DNA of 64,000 bases from Fervidobacterium sp. (GCA_049970055.1 JBMFNR010000002.1:500406-564405), one strand, 5' to 3'. Positions 9,921 to 19,487 are shown, counted from the stretch's first letter. Numbers and translations: made by a program. Notes: a model not told the origin generated them from the letters alone.

Positions 9921-10307
9921 TTTTAACGTTTCAACTTTATTTTCCAGATTTTCTGAAGAATTAATGCTGTTCTTAGTTACCTTCCCGCCCAGGCTTTTGT
10001 AAATAATCTCAGATAGATCTTTCAAATCAGTTCTTGCGGCTTTTAAAGCGTATTGTTGCAGTAGTATTTCCCTGAACCATCTCTCCCCAAAGCTTTCCTG
10101 AATAAGGCCACTTTTTGGTACAGTGCTGTACATTTTTTTGAAAATTTCGTACACATACCATGCCGCAAATTCTTCGGAGACTTTCTTGAGTTTGTTTTGG
10201 TAATCTTGATTGTCTTCCAATGTTTGCTTTGTATTTATTTTCTTTCCAGTAGTTTTAACAATATTTTCTATCTGAGCATTTACTTTGCTATTTATTTTCA
10301 ATTCCAT
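9876..10307 (-). CDS. flgJ: FlgJ-like rod-binding protein (no muramidase domain)
   Basis: KLKKVSEEFAAW..FKKMYSTVP..F rod-binding pattern; directly after flgI. Confidence 0.8.
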   Translation of the reverse strand: MELKINSKVNAQIENIVKTTGKKINTKQTLEDNQDYQNKLKKVSEEFAAWYVYEIFKKMYSTVPKSGLIQESFGERWFREILLQQYALKAARTDLKDLSEIIYKSLGGKVTKNSINSSENLENKVETLKLLNSLISQDQKSGQ

Positions 10308-10358
10308 TCTTCCCACCTTCTTTACGAGTATCTAACTTTTAGCTTTCACACAAACTTA

Positions 10359-11351
10359 TCACATAATCTTAAGCTGAGCGAAAATAACACCAGCTTTGTA
10401 CAGTTCTTGAATTATGGCGATTATATCTTGTGGAGTTGCACCAAGTGATTTAAGTGCGGTTATAAGATTACCGATTGTTGCTTTCTTATCACCAATTTGG
10501 CCATTTTCTATTGTTACAACGAAGTTTCCATAAGACAAAACGAAATCTGATACAGTCACATCTCCGCCGAAGACCACAGTCCCGGTTCTCTCATTTATTA
10601 TTACTTGTGCAGGTGTATCCATAGGAACCTCGATCTCTTCAAGTAATGATAAAAATGAAATAATATCGTCTTTAAAAACGTTTGGAACGGTTACTTTAAC
10701 GCTTGCACCATCGATAGCTTTCGCTATGTTTGTACCGAATTTTGTATTTATCGCTACTGCGGTGCGGGCGGCAACTGTGAAGTCTGGTCTGTTTAAAAGA
10801 ATTGTCACCGAATTCTCGTCGACGATGCTAAATGGTATTTCACGTTCCACAATGGCTCCAGCAGGTATGTAACCAACGACTGCGAATCTTCTTTGTAAAT
10901 TCGCACTTCCTTTCACATCCTCTCCACCTACGGAAACAGGACCTTGCGCAACTGCGTAAACGTTTCCATCCGCACCGTAAAGGGGAGTTTGTATCAGTAT
11001 GCCATTTCTCAAACTCTTTGCATCGTTGATACTTGCAATTTCTACATCAAGCCTCATCCCTGGTTTGTAGAATGAAGGGATATCTGCTACAACCATAACG
11101 AGGGCCACGTTCTTGGTTTTTAAATCATTTGGATTCACAGTAATGCCAAAGTTCTTAAGCATATTGGAGAGCAGCGAGGAGTTAAGAGTACCGCTGTCAC
11201 CTGATCCATTCAACCCAATTACAAGCCCAACACCAAACAATTGGTTATCCCTTGCACCCCTAAATTTTGCGAAATCTTTAATTCTTACGTTGATAGAGAA
11301 CACAAGCGAAATTGTCAACAAGAATGCTATTAGTACACCTAACCTTTTCAT
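10359..11351 (-). CDS. flgI: Flagellar P-ring protein FlgI
   Basis: Signal peptide, RIKD..RDNQLFGVGLVIGLNGSGD, KNVALVMV, NERTGTVV. Confidence 0.97.
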   Translation of the reverse strand: MKRLGVLIAFLLTISLVFSINVRIKDFAKFRGARDNQLFGVGLVIGLNGSGDSGTLNSSLLSNMLKNFGITVNPNDLKTKNVALVMVVADIPSFYKPGMRLDVEIASINDAKSLRNGILIQTPLYGADGNVYAVAQGPVSVGGEDVKGSANLQRRFAVVGYIPAGAIVEREIPFSIVDENSVTILLNRPDFTVAARTAVAINTKFGTNIAKAIDGASVKVTVPNVFKDDIISFLSLLEEIEVPMDTPAQVIINERTGTVVFGGDVTVSDFVLSYGNFVVTIENGQIGDKKATIGNLITALKSLGATPQDIIAIIQELYKAGVIFAQLKIM

Positions 11352-11381
11352 AGATAGGCCTCCCAAAATGCTGAGTACTGG

Positions 11382-11975
11382 TTATTTAAAAAAGCCAATT
11401 ATGGACGAAAGTAATAAGCCAAGCCATGTGCTTTGCTGCGGATCGTCCTGAAAAACTACTTTTCCATTTTCCCATATCTGAGCATCAATTAGATCGGTCG
11501 AGTTTACGATGTTTCCAGGTCTAATTGCTTGTGGATGTACCCAACCTGTGATGATCAATTCTCTGAGGTCGTTACCAACTTTTATTTGTTTCTTCCCCTC
11601 CAAGTAGAGTTTTCCATATTCATCAACTTTCTTAACAACAGCCGTAAGTTGTAAAACGGCGTTAGCTTGACTTTTATTGTCTCTTTTATCCGTTGTGGAT
11701 GTATTTGCTGGAAGGTATTTGCTTAGATCGAGTCCTATCAATTTGGTGCCGGTGTTAATTGCGTTTATAAAAGCATTCGTAAGAGAGTTTACCTGTGAAG
11801 ATGTTGAAACACGGGGTGATTCGTATACAACGATGGTTATATAATCACCAACTCTTGATGGTCTGTACGAACCTATTAGATTTTGAAATTGTGGATTAGA
11901 AGAATTTGTGTAAAGAGACGTTGAAAATGAAAGTATTGATAAAGTAAAAAGCAAAATCACATGTATTTTTCTCAC
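11382..11975 (-). CDS. flgH: Flagellar L-ring protein FlgH
   Basis: VGDYITIVVYE, LYLEGKKQI, ITGWVHPQAI..N..DAQI; lies between flgA and flgI. Confidence 0.9.
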   Translation of the reverse strand: MRKIHVILLFTLSILSFSTSLYTNSSNPQFQNLIGSYRPSRVGDYITIVVYESPRVSTSSQVNSLTNAFINAINTGTKLIGLDLSKYLPANTSTTDKRDNKSQANAVLQLTAVVKKVDEYGKLYLEGKKQIKVGNDLRELIITGWVHPQAIRPGNIVNSTDLIDAQIWENGKVVFQDDPQQSTWLGLLLSSIIGFFK

Positions 11976-12923
11976 TTACTTCACCTCCAGTACCATTATC
12001 GTCCCATCTTCTCGTACGGTGCCTTTAATTATTGAACCGTTATCTGTATTTTTTACGCTAATCACGCTTCCAACATAACCATTCTCTAAAGCTTGAGCAA
12101 GTGTTGAAACGGTAATTCCGCTGACGATACTTATCGCTTTAACAGTTTGACCTTTGACAATTAACGGAACATCTTTAACGTATCTGCTATCTATGATTTC
12201 ACCTTTCTGGAATATTTTATCGGCCATAACAGGTAGATCTTCTTCTAACAATGGGACCTTGTTAAGCGCGTAAATATTTTGTTCAACAAATTCAACGTCA
12301 CTCACGCCGATAATTTCTTCTCTATTTATTTTTCTTTTAGCAACTGCGACTTTCCTAAGTAGTTGTGCTTCGTACTGCAGCGAAATAAATCCTACTAATT
12401 TACCCGATTTTCTCAGTGTGACTTTGACGAAAGGCGAAAGTTTATTCGATATCTGAATCGACATAATGTAATCATCATGTGATAAAAGTGCACCACTTTG
12501 TGACTTCAAATCAAATTTTGTTTCCTCTGGATAGTATCTTTTTAGTTCATTTAAGATTGTGTCGTATAAATTTTCTGAATTCAACGTTTTCGATGTCTTC
12601 AATGTGGTTTCAATATAAGGAATAGTTGCATTTATAGCCACGGGTATATCATCAATTTCAGCATCAACTAAACCAATGTACTTTTTAATTAAATTTGCAA
12701 GGTACTTTTTACTCAATGTCAATTTAGAACCAGATGGCATATACGCCACTACAATCTTTTCAAGTGTCTGTGTTGCGATATCCGTTTCTTTAACAATTTC
12801 GCTCATGAGAACTGCTCCTGGAAAAACGGATACCTCTTGTTTGAAGGAAACGAATGCCGAAAAGATACTAACGGTAGATAAACAAAAAAAAATTGTGAAG
12901 ATAACAAACATGCCTTTTTTCAT
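11976..12923 (-). CDS. flgA: Flagellar P-ring chaperone FlgA
   Basis: Signal peptide; C-terminal SAF-like PLIVKGQTV...ALENGYVGSVISVKN..SIIKG. Confidence 0.88.
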   Translation of the reverse strand: MKKGMFVIFTIFFCLSTVSIFSAFVSFKQEVSVFPGAVLMSEIVKETDIATQTLEKIVVAYMPSGSKLTLSKKYLANLIKKYIGLVDAEIDDIPVAINATIPYIETTLKTSKTLNSENLYDTILNELKRYYPEETKFDLKSQSGALLSHDDYIMSIQISNKLSPFVKVTLRKSGKLVGFISLQYEAQLLRKVAVAKRKINREEIIGVSDVEFVEQNIYALNKVPLLEEDLPVMADKIFQKGEIIDSRYVKDVPLIVKGQTVKAISIVSGITVSTLAQALENGYVGSVISVKNTDNGSIIKGTVREDGTIMVLEVK

Positions 12924-12990
12924 AGTCCGTCACCACTTTTTTAGTGTTTTCTAAATTTCTTAAGTTAAAAAACTAAGGGACCGAAATACC

Positions 12991-13022
12991 AAAAAGCGGG
13001 AAGTTCAAACTCCCCGCTTTTT
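12991..13022 (-). terminator. Intrinsic terminator after rplA
   Basis: On minus strand AAAAAGCGGGGAGTT-TG-AACTTCCCGC-TTTTT hairpin with T-run. Confidence 0.85.
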
Positions 13023-13051
13023 ACATTCTTCATGTCTTTTAACTTTTCCTA

Positions 13052-13759
13052 TTACTTTTTACCTTCAGCAATTGAGTTGATATCAAGTTTTATACCAGGT
13101 CCCATCGTTGAGGCAACAACTGCTTTCTTTATGAATTGTCCCTTTACACCAGCTGGTCTGAGAGCGATTATCTGCTCGTATGCTGCTTTGATGTTTTCTT
13201 TTAATTTTTCACTGTCAAACGAAGCTTTACCGACTGGGAAATGTAGGTTTCCAGTTTTGTCTGTTCTAACTTCAACCTTACCTTTTTTGAATTCGGAAAC
13301 AGCAGCTGCTACATCATCTGTGACTGTACCAGTTTTTGGGTTTGGCATAAGACCTCTTGGACCGAGAACTTTACCGAGTTTACCAATAACCTTCATCATA
13401 TCTGGTGTCGCGATTGCAACGTCAAAATCAATGAAACCTTCATTTGCTATCTTATCTGCTAATTCTTCTGCACCAACATAATCTGCGCCAGCTTGTTTGG
13501 CTTCTTCCGCTTTTTCGCCTTTTGCAAACACAAGTACCCTCACACTCTTACCAGTTCCATGAGGAAGGGAAATTGTACTTCTTATATTTTGTTCACTTTT
13601 TCTGTAATCAATATTTGTCTTTATGTGAACCTCGACTGTTTCATCGAATTTCGCTGTCGCAGTCTTCTTAAGCAGTTCAACTGCTTCATCTAAAGTATAA
13701 GCCTTTTCTCTATCTACTAACTTTCTCAATTCATTGTATCTTTTGGAGTGTTTAGGCAT
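13052..13759 (-). CDS. rplA: 50S ribosomal protein L1
   Basis: [37 protein letters not shown]. Confidence 0.99.
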   Translation of the reverse strand: MPKHSKRYNELRKLVDREKAYTLDEAVELLKKTATAKFDETVEVHIKTNIDYRKSEQNIRSTISLPHGTGKSVRVLVFAKGEKAEEAKQAGADYVGAEELADKIANEGFIDFDVAIATPDMMKVIGKLGKVLGPRGLMPNPKTGTVTDDVAAAVSEFKKGKVEVRTDKTGNLHFPVGKASFDSEKLKENIKAAYEQIIALRPAGVKGQFIKKAVVASTMGPGIKLDINSIAEGKK

Positions 13760-13783
13760 ATTCTAAGCCTCCTCCCTTCCGCT

Positions 13784-14209
13784 TCAATCTACAACTTCAA
13801 GACCCATACTGCGTGCAGTTCCTTCTATAATTTTCATCGCAGCATCAAGGTCGTTGGCGTTTAGATCTACCATTTTGAGTTCTGCAATTTCTTTGATTTG
13901 TTGTCTTGTGACTTTTCCTGCGACTTTTCTCTTCGGCTCACTTGAACCAGAGTTGATCTTTGCTGCTCTCTTGAGCAAGAAGCTTGCAGGAGGAGTTTTC
14001 GTTACAAATGTAAATGACCTGTCATCGTAAACTGTCACAATAACAGGGATGAGAAATCCTGCTTTGTCCGCTGTGACAGCGTTGAACTTCTTACAAAATT
14101 CCATCAAGTTAACTCCCCTTTGACCTAGCGCAGGTCCTACTGGAGGAGCTGGCGTTGCTTTACCGGCTTCAAGTACAAGCCTTACCTCTGCTACCACTTT
14201 CTTAGCCAT
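13784..14209 (-). CDS. rplK: 50S ribosomal protein L11
   Basis: MAKKV start after [29 protein letters not shown]. Confidence 0.99.
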   Translation of the reverse strand: MAKKVVAEVRLVLEAGKATPAPPVGPALGQRGVNLMEFCKKFNAVTADKAGFLIPVIVTVYDDRSFTFVTKTPPASFLLKRAAKINSGSSEPKRKVAGKVTRQQIKEIAELKMVDLNANDLDAAMKIIEGTARSMGLEVVD

Positions 14210-14226
14210 ACAACTTACCTCCTTGT

Positions 14227-14262
14227 GTGGTGTAGTTAATATTTCGGGCAAAGCCCTCCCAC
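14227..14262 (-). promoter_or_regulatory. Putative L1-binding autoregulatory leader upstream of rplK
   Basis: GTGGGAGGGC-TTT-GCCC...ACCAC directly before the SD; matches the GGGAG/ACC asymmetric-loop L1 target. Confidence 0.7.
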
Positions 14263-14289
14263 GAGCCTCAAAAGTTTATAAGGGAACGA

Positions 14290-15354
14290 TTAAACTTTCT
14301 CTACTTCACTAAGATGCACGCTTACAGGTGTTTCTCTACCGAAAATTGTTACGTTAACTTTCAATTCTTGTTTTTCTTCATCGACTTCTTTGACAACACC
14401 CGTGAAGCCTTCGAATGGACCAGTTATGATCTTTACAGCATCGCCGGGTTGAATCTCTAATTCGATCCTTGTGACTTCTTTTTTGACTTCTGGCGTTTCT
14501 TCAAGACCAGCCATTCTGAGTATGTAATGAACTTCTTCTAGTTTTAAAGCAAGGGGCCTTCCACCAGCAGATACAAACCCCATAACAAAAGGTGTGCCTC
14601 TCACGAATTCCCATGTGTGATCGTTCATGATCATCTCGACAAAAAGGTACCCTGGGTATAATTTTTTCTTCTTTGTTTTTAGTACGAGGATTTCTTTTCT
14701 TGTAGCAAATTCGACTATACTAATACGCCCAGTACTCTTTGAGTATATCTTTTTGCCTTCTGCTAAGAGTTGCCCAGCCCTTAGTTGCCCCCCCTTTTTT
14801 CCAACGGCTGGATTAAAGACCTCCACTGGCACTATATAAACATCTTCATCACCAAGCGCAGTTCTTACAATCATCTTCTTTACTTTTTCGTTTCCGATGA
14901 TGCGGCCATCGATATCACATATGTATTCATCACTTGCAGCAAGTAAAGTACCTTGAAATACACTTGAACCTATCCTTAAACCGTTAACTATTTTAGCAGT
15001 CTCTGGGATTATATACGTTCTTGAAAATTTTCGATCGGTGGTTTCGATTGTTATCTTCCTTGCATTAACAACATCAACCACCGTTCCGTCGCGCCTAACT
15101 TTAATTGAAGGTTCCTCAGCTAACAAGTCCCCTTTTTCTACGTCTTGATTGTTCGTAACATGAAGCTTAGCTTCATGACTAACAATATACCTTTCTACAG
15201 ATTTACTGGAGGTATCTATAACAGTCTCTTCCAACACGACAACTCTTGATACAAGATGTTCATAACCTTGGGCTTTTATCTTTGCCTCAAGGTTCTCCTT
15301 AACTTTGTTTTCATACCCTGTAATGGTATGAATTATATACCATTCTTTTTTCAT
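14290..15354 (-). CDS. nusG: Transcription termination/antitermination factor NusG with large insertion
   Basis: WYIIHTITGYENKVK, YPGYLFVEM, KOW domain GPFEGFTG..IFGRETPV; between secE and rplK. Confidence 0.97.
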   Translation of the reverse strand: MKKEWYIIHTITGYENKVKENLEAKIKAQGYEHLVSRVVVLEETVIDTSSKSVERYIVSHEAKLHVTNNQDVEKGDLLAEEPSIKVRRDGTVVDVVNARKITIETTDRKFSRTYIIPETAKIVNGLRIGSSVFQGTLLAASDEYICDIDGRIIGNEKVKKMIVRTALGDEDVYIVPVEVFNPAVGKKGGQLRAGQLLAEGKKIYSKSTGRISIVEFATRKEILVLKTKKKKLYPGYLFVEMIMNDHTWEFVRGTPFVMGFVSAGGRPLALKLEEVHYILRMAGLEETPEVKKEVTRIELEIQPGDAVKIITGPFEGFTGVVKEVDEEKQELKVNVTIFGRETPVSVHLSEVEKV

Positions 15355-15363
15355 TCTACCACC

Positions 15364-15555
15364 TCAGAATTTTTGAAGCAACGCACCCAATGTACCAGAG
15401 AACAGCAAATCAACAAGGAAAAGATAAACAGCAGAAACTGCCAAAATAAACAACACCACTCCCGTCGAGGCAAGCAGCTCGTCTCGATTAGGCCACGTGG
15501 TCTTTTTTGCTTCTGCTTTCACCTCTGCAAAGAACTTTTTCAATTTCTCAAGCAT
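15364..15555 (-). CDS. secE: Preprotein translocase subunit SecE
   Basis: FFAEVKAEAKKTTWP plus a single TM helix. Confidence 0.96.
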   Translation of the reverse strand: MLEKLKKFFAEVKAEAKKTTWPNRDELLASTGVVLFILAVSAVYLFLVDLLFSGTLGALLQKF

Positions 15556-15592
15556 TTCGCTCCACCCCTTAGTTATTCCTATATAAAAAAAC

Positions 15593-15668
15593 TGGCAGGG
15601 GCGGCAGGACTTGAACCCGCAACACCCGATTTTGGAGACCGGTGCTCTGCCAATTGAGCTACGCCCCT
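15593..15668 (-). tRNA. tRNA-Trp (CCA)
   Basis: AGGGGCG/CGCCCCT acceptor, anticodon loop CTCCAAA, encoded CCA end. Confidence 0.96.
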
Positions 15669-15692
15669 GCGTGATTATCCGATAATGAAATA

Positions 15693-15842
15693 TTAAACCT
15701 TTGTCTCCACGTGGAACGTATGTTTATTGCATTTTGGGCAGTACTTTTTTAGTCTGAGTTTATCTTTTTTGCTCTTTTCCTTTGTTGTGTAGTAATTTCT
15801 GTTTCCGCATTCTTCACATTTGAGTCCTACTTGAACTCTCAT
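15693..15842 (-). CDS. rpmG: 50S ribosomal protein L33 (zinc-binding form)
   Basis: Manual translation [58 protein letters not shown]; not in ORF track. Confidence 0.97.
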   Translation of the reverse strand: MRVQVGLKCEECGNRNYYTTKEKSKKDKLRLKKYCPKCNKHTFHVETKV

Positions 15843-15873
15843 CTTCGTTCAGCCTCCTAACTATAAAAAATAT

Positions 15874-15960
15874 TGGTGGTGAGGGAAGGATTTGAACCTT
15901 CGAAGGCATTCTGCCAGCGGATTTACAGTCCGCCCCCTTTGGCCACTCGGGCACCTCACC
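15874..15960 (-). tRNA. tRNA-Tyr (GTA)
   Basis: GGTGAGG/CCTCACC acceptor, loop CTGTAAA, long variable arm, CCA end. Confidence 0.96.
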
Positions 15961-15981
15961 ACACCTCTTTGATCTGAGGTT

Positions 15982-16057
15982 TGGAGCCAACGGAGGGACT
16001 TGAACCCTCAACCTGCTGATTACAAGTCAGCCGCTCTGCCGGTTGAGCTACGTTGGC
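15982..16057 (-). tRNA. tRNA-Thr (TGT)
   Basis: GCCAACG/CGTTGGC acceptor, loop CTTGTAA, CCA end. Confidence 0.96.
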
Positions 16058-16074
16058 TCGCTTATGCGGTTATT

Positions 16075-16103
16075 ATTATAACCGATAGGTGTGATTTTGT
16101 CAA
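16075..16103 (-). promoter_or_regulatory. Consensus sigma70-type promoter of the tRNA-rpmG-secE-nusG cluster
   Basis: TTGACA (16103-16098), 17-nt spacer, TATAAT (16080-16075). Confidence 0.88.
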
Positions 16104-16240
16104 TGTTTCAGATGTGTTGACTATTGTTACAGTTTTTCACAGACCCGTGGACAATATAGGTATAAAGAGTACCGTTGAATATAATATCATATAAGTTCAA
16201 TTTTTCAAGAGGATATTTTAGTACTTTGCTTAAAATAAAT

Positions 16241-16666
16241 TCATTCATAGATAATTTCGTATGTGAATTCAGGAACCGCCTTTTTCAGCATCGCTGAAAC
16301 GGCGCAATATTTATCCTGTGACAGCGTTACCGCTTTTTGAACCTGTTCTTTTGGAGGTTCTCCATTGAATTTGAAGAAATACTTCAAGTGAATTTTCGTG
16401 TAAACTTTTGGATGTTCTTGCGCTTGTTCGTAATCAACTTCTATTCTGAAGCTCTCCATGCTATCAATGACTCGCATCTTCCTAAGAAGTGATACCACGT
16501 CCATACCTGTGCAGCCCATCAAAGAGTAAAGTACAAGTTCTTTTGGTCTTAGCCCTGCATCTTTTCCACCTACTGATGAGTCAGAATCGATTATTAAGTC
16601 ATGGCCTGAAAGTGTTTTGGCGTAAAAAAGCATTCCTGAATAAAAATCCATGCGCGCCACTCCCAT
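16241..16666 (-). CDS. OsmC/YhfA family protein
   Basis: [25 protein letters not shown] and KYCAVSAML Cys pair. Confidence 0.9.
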   Translation of the reverse strand: MGVARMDFYSGMLFYAKTLSGHDLIIDSDSSVGGKDAGLRPKELVLYSLMGCTGMDVVSLLRKMRVIDSMESFRIEVDYEQAQEHPKVYTKIHLKYFFKFNGEPPKEQVQKAVTLSQDKYCAVSAMLKKAVPEFTYEIIYE

Positions 16667-16692
16667 AATTTAACCTCCCAAAGTTTTTTACT

Positions 16693-17340
16693 TCATACCT
16701 TCATTTTTCCAAAGAATATCAATAAGCCCATTAGTATTATAAACGCTCCACCCATGTATTTTGTCCACCTTTCCCAACTTGGTGTACCAAAGCCTTTTGT
16801 CAAGATACGTGACAACACAGTTCCTATAGTTAGAAACGGTACGGAAATACCAAGTGAGTATACAAATAACAGTACCATACCTTTCACTAAACTCTTTTGT
16901 GAAGCGATCATCATCATCGACGCAAGTACTGGACTGCTACAAGGTATCCACACGAAACCAACTGCCAAACCGAGTAATAGGCCACCAAAAAAACCTACAT
17001 TTTTATACTTCCATATGTTAACACTTTTTCCCCTGAAAAGTTGAATCTCCGACATGTAAATTATACCAAAAATTATTATTGATATCCCTATTAATTTTTC
17101 TACCACACCACCAAATCTTGTGAGAAATCCGCCAATTGCTGAAGAAAATGCTCCAAGTAGCGTGAACATTGCTGAGAAACCTAAGAAAAAACCCATTAAC
17201 TTTTGTACTTTCTTCTTGCCACCTAATACAATACCAATAAAACCCGGTATCAGAGGTAACACACAGGGACTGAAAAAAGAAAGCAAACCTGAAACTATCG
17301 CCATCCATATCGACACATCCACAATGCCAATTGTTACCAT
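16693..17340 (-). CDS. ccdA: CcdA/DsbD-like transmembrane disulfide reductase
   Basis: Multi-TM protein with SFFSPCVLPLIP and WIPCSSP. Confidence 0.92.
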   Translation of the reverse strand: MVTIGIVDVSIWMAIVSGLLSFFSPCVLPLIPGFIGIVLGGKKKVQKLMGFFLGFSAMFTLLGAFSSAIGGFLTRFGGVVEKLIGISIIIFGIIYMSEIQLFRGKSVNIWKYKNVGFFGGLLLGLAVGFVWIPCSSPVLASMMMIASQKSLVKGMVLLFVYSLGISVPFLTIGTVLSRILTKGFGTPSWERWTKYMGGAFIILMGLLIFFGKMKV

Positions 17341-17374
17341 GTAATTACCTCCAAAGAGAGTATCCCAAAGTGTC

Positions 17375-18058
17375 TTACTTTATCAGAAGCACTCTTATAA
17401 CACCAGCTTCGTTTAGCTTTTTTGCAAGTTGCTCATTAGATGTAATGTAAACTGTATATATGTCGATATTCTTAGGAGTTTCACTTACAATAATTGAATT
17501 ACTATCGTATTTTAGTATGTAGTCAGCTTTGTCCTTCGTTACGTTAACTACTTTGGGTTTTCCAAGTAAGTTATCTTTCTTCTTAGCATAAGCATCGAAA
17601 GATTCATTGTAGTTTTCTTCAACTACCCTTATTAAATATTTTAACGCTTTAAGAAAATCTTCTACAGGCATGTATCCCGGAACCTGTGTGATGAGTTCTT
17701 TTGCTTTTAAGAAAAAGAACGCAGGTGTACCTCTTACACCAAATGCAGTAAAAAGATCGTTATTACTATACGATTTTCCAAGAAATGTAGTCTTATAATT
17801 TGATGGTTCAATCCTTACAAAAACGTAGTTGCCTCTCAAAAATTCTTGGACATCTTTGTTTGCTAAGACATCTTTATCAAACAATTTGCAGTAATAACAA
17901 CTCGGTGAAGAAAACATAATCACAAGAATTTTATCTTCGATTTCTGAAACCTTGTGAGCTGTTCCAAGATCTGTATAAATGTATTTATAACCAAATGTAC
18001 TTACCGAAATGATTACAGCTAAAGCAAAAAGTAAAAGATTAAAGGTATATTTTTTCAT
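17375..18058 (-). CDS. Exported thioredoxin-fold protein (SoxW/DsbJ-like) with C-terminal extension
   Basis: Signal peptide, CYYC, GVRGTP cis-Pro motif, PGYMP. Confidence 0.85.
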   Translation of the reverse strand: MKKYTFNLLLFALAVIISVSTFGYKYIYTDLGTAHKVSEIEDKILVIMFSSPSCYYCKLFDKDVLANKDVQEFLRGNYVFVRIEPSNYKTTFLGKSYSNNDLFTAFGVRGTPAFFFLKAKELITQVPGYMPVEDFLKALKYLIRVVEENYNESFDAYAKKKDNLLGKPKVVNVTKDKADYILKYDSNSIIVSETPKNIDIYTVYITSNEQLAKKLNEAGVIRVLLIK

Positions 18059-18061
18059 AAT

Positions 18062-18136
18062 CTATTTCACCTTCACTTTAAACTTTCGCATGAAAAGCTT
18101 CGAGATAAACCTTAGAATTGGACAGTTAAACTTCAT
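18062..18136 (-). CDS. Putative 24-aa small protein MKFNCPILRFISKLFMRKFKVKVK
   Basis: AAAAAGGAGGGGG-ACC-ATG; stop lies 3 nt before the next ATG; below ORF-track cutoff. Confidence 0.5.
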   Translation of the reverse strand: MKFNCPILRFISKLFMRKFKVKVK

Positions 18137-18198
18137 GGTCCCCCTCCTTTTTGTAAAAGGATATATGGCTGCCAACTATAAAATGGCAGCCATTGTTT

Positions 18199-18441
18199 TT
18201 AGTGAATTCCAAGTATTCTGTCGATCCTTGCTTTGTCGAATCCAACGATGATTTGATTCCCTATTTCGATAACGGGGACCCCCATTTGCCCAGATTTTCT
18301 TACCATTTCTTCAGCGCCTTTTCTATCTTTTGAAACATCTACTTCAGTGAATGGTAAACCTAGTTGCCTGAAATACTCTTTTGCCCTTCTGCACCATGGA
18401 CACGTTGGTGTTGTGTATATTTTTATCTTATACGCTGGCAT
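18199..18441 (-). CDS. Glutaredoxin-like protein (YruB/NrdH-like)
   Basis: YTTPTCPWC, SGQMGVPVI, IVGFD. Confidence 0.93.
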   Translation of the reverse strand: MPAYKIKIYTTPTCPWCRRAKEYFRQLGLPFTEVDVSKDRKGAEEMVRKSGQMGVPVIEIGNQIIVGFDKARIDRILGIH

Positions 18442-18485
18442 ATGTGCACCTCCTTAACTGCAATTATTTCCAGTAGATTTCAAAG

Positions 18486-19436
18486 TTAGAAGTACTTCTT
18501 AGCTGCATGTTCAACTGCTATGGCACCATCTGCTGCCGCTGTTACTATCTGTCTAAGTCCTTTAATTCTTATATCGCCAACTGCGTATATACCAGGTATG
18601 TTCGTCTCCATATTTTCGTCCGTTATTATGTACCCGTAATCATTCATATTGACTAATCCTTTGAATATTTCAGTCTTTGGAACTAAACCGACGTATATGA
18701 AAACTCCCTCAGCCTTTATGATCTTTTCTTGCTTTGTCTCGTTGTCAACAATGACAACTTCTTCAACTTTATTTTTGCCTCTTATTTCCTTAACGATATG
18801 GTTTGTTATCACCTTAATCTTAGGATTGCTCAGTACCCTTCCTTGCAATACTTTTGCTGCCGTTAAGTATGGCAAGTTTTGAACAATTGTTATACTGTTG
18901 ACAATTTTTGCTAAGAAATGAGATTCATCACAGGCACTATCACCGCCACCTACGACCACAACGTCTTTATCCTTGAAAAGGTACCCATCACATGCTGCAC
19001 AATACGTAACACCTTTACCTCTGAATTCGGCTTCGCCGGGTACGCCCAATTTTCTTGGCTCTGTACCTGTGGCTATTATGAGCACTCTTGCTTTTACTTT
19101 GTTTCCGTCGTCCAATTCTACTACCTTGTAATCTCCTTCAACATACACTTTTTGAGCAAAAGCGTAGTGAATTTCTGCACCAAAATGTTTGGCGTGATCT
19201 GCGAACTTTTGACCGAGTGCTTGACCTTCTATACTAATTTCTCCAGGCCAGTTCTCGACTACATGCGTTTGTGTAACTGCACCACCTTCGATAGCTTTTT
19301 CGATAACCAGAACTGTTAACCCTGCTCTTCTTGCATAAATAGCTCCCGTTAATCCTGCTGGCCCTCCACCTATTATAACAACATCGTAATATTCTTTAAG
19401 TTCACTACCAACTGCACCAACATCGAATAAGCCCAT
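18486..19436 (-). CDS. trxB: Thioredoxin-disulfide reductase
   Basis: IIGGGPAG, GVTYCAACDG, GGGDSA, GIYAVGD; ATG at 19436 after AGGAGG. Confidence 0.96.
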   Translation of the reverse strand: MGLFDVGAVGSELKEYYDVVIIGGGPAGLTGAIYARRAGLTVLVIEKAIEGGAVTQTHVVENWPGEISIEGQALGQKFADHAKHFGAEIHYAFAQKVYVEGDYKVVELDDGNKVKARVLIIATGTEPRKLGVPGEAEFRGKGVTYCAACDGYLFKDKDVVVVGGGDSACDESHFLAKIVNSITIVQNLPYLTAAKVLQGRVLSNPKIKVITNHIVKEIRGKNKVEEVVIVDNETKQEKIIKAEGVFIYVGLVPKTEIFKGLVNMNDYGYIITDENMETNIPGIYAVGDIRIKGLRQIVTAAADGAIAVEHAAKKYF

Positions 19437-19487
19437 CTCAAACACCTCCTGTTTATCATTAGTATTTTTTTATCCTTATTATTCTTT

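Noticed and set aside
16132..16154. Two degenerate DnaA-box-like 9-mers in inverted orientation
   Set aside because: Multiple mismatches and only two copies.
15814..16194. ORFs overlapping tRNA-Tyr and tRNA-Thr
   Set aside because: Shadows of tRNA genes.
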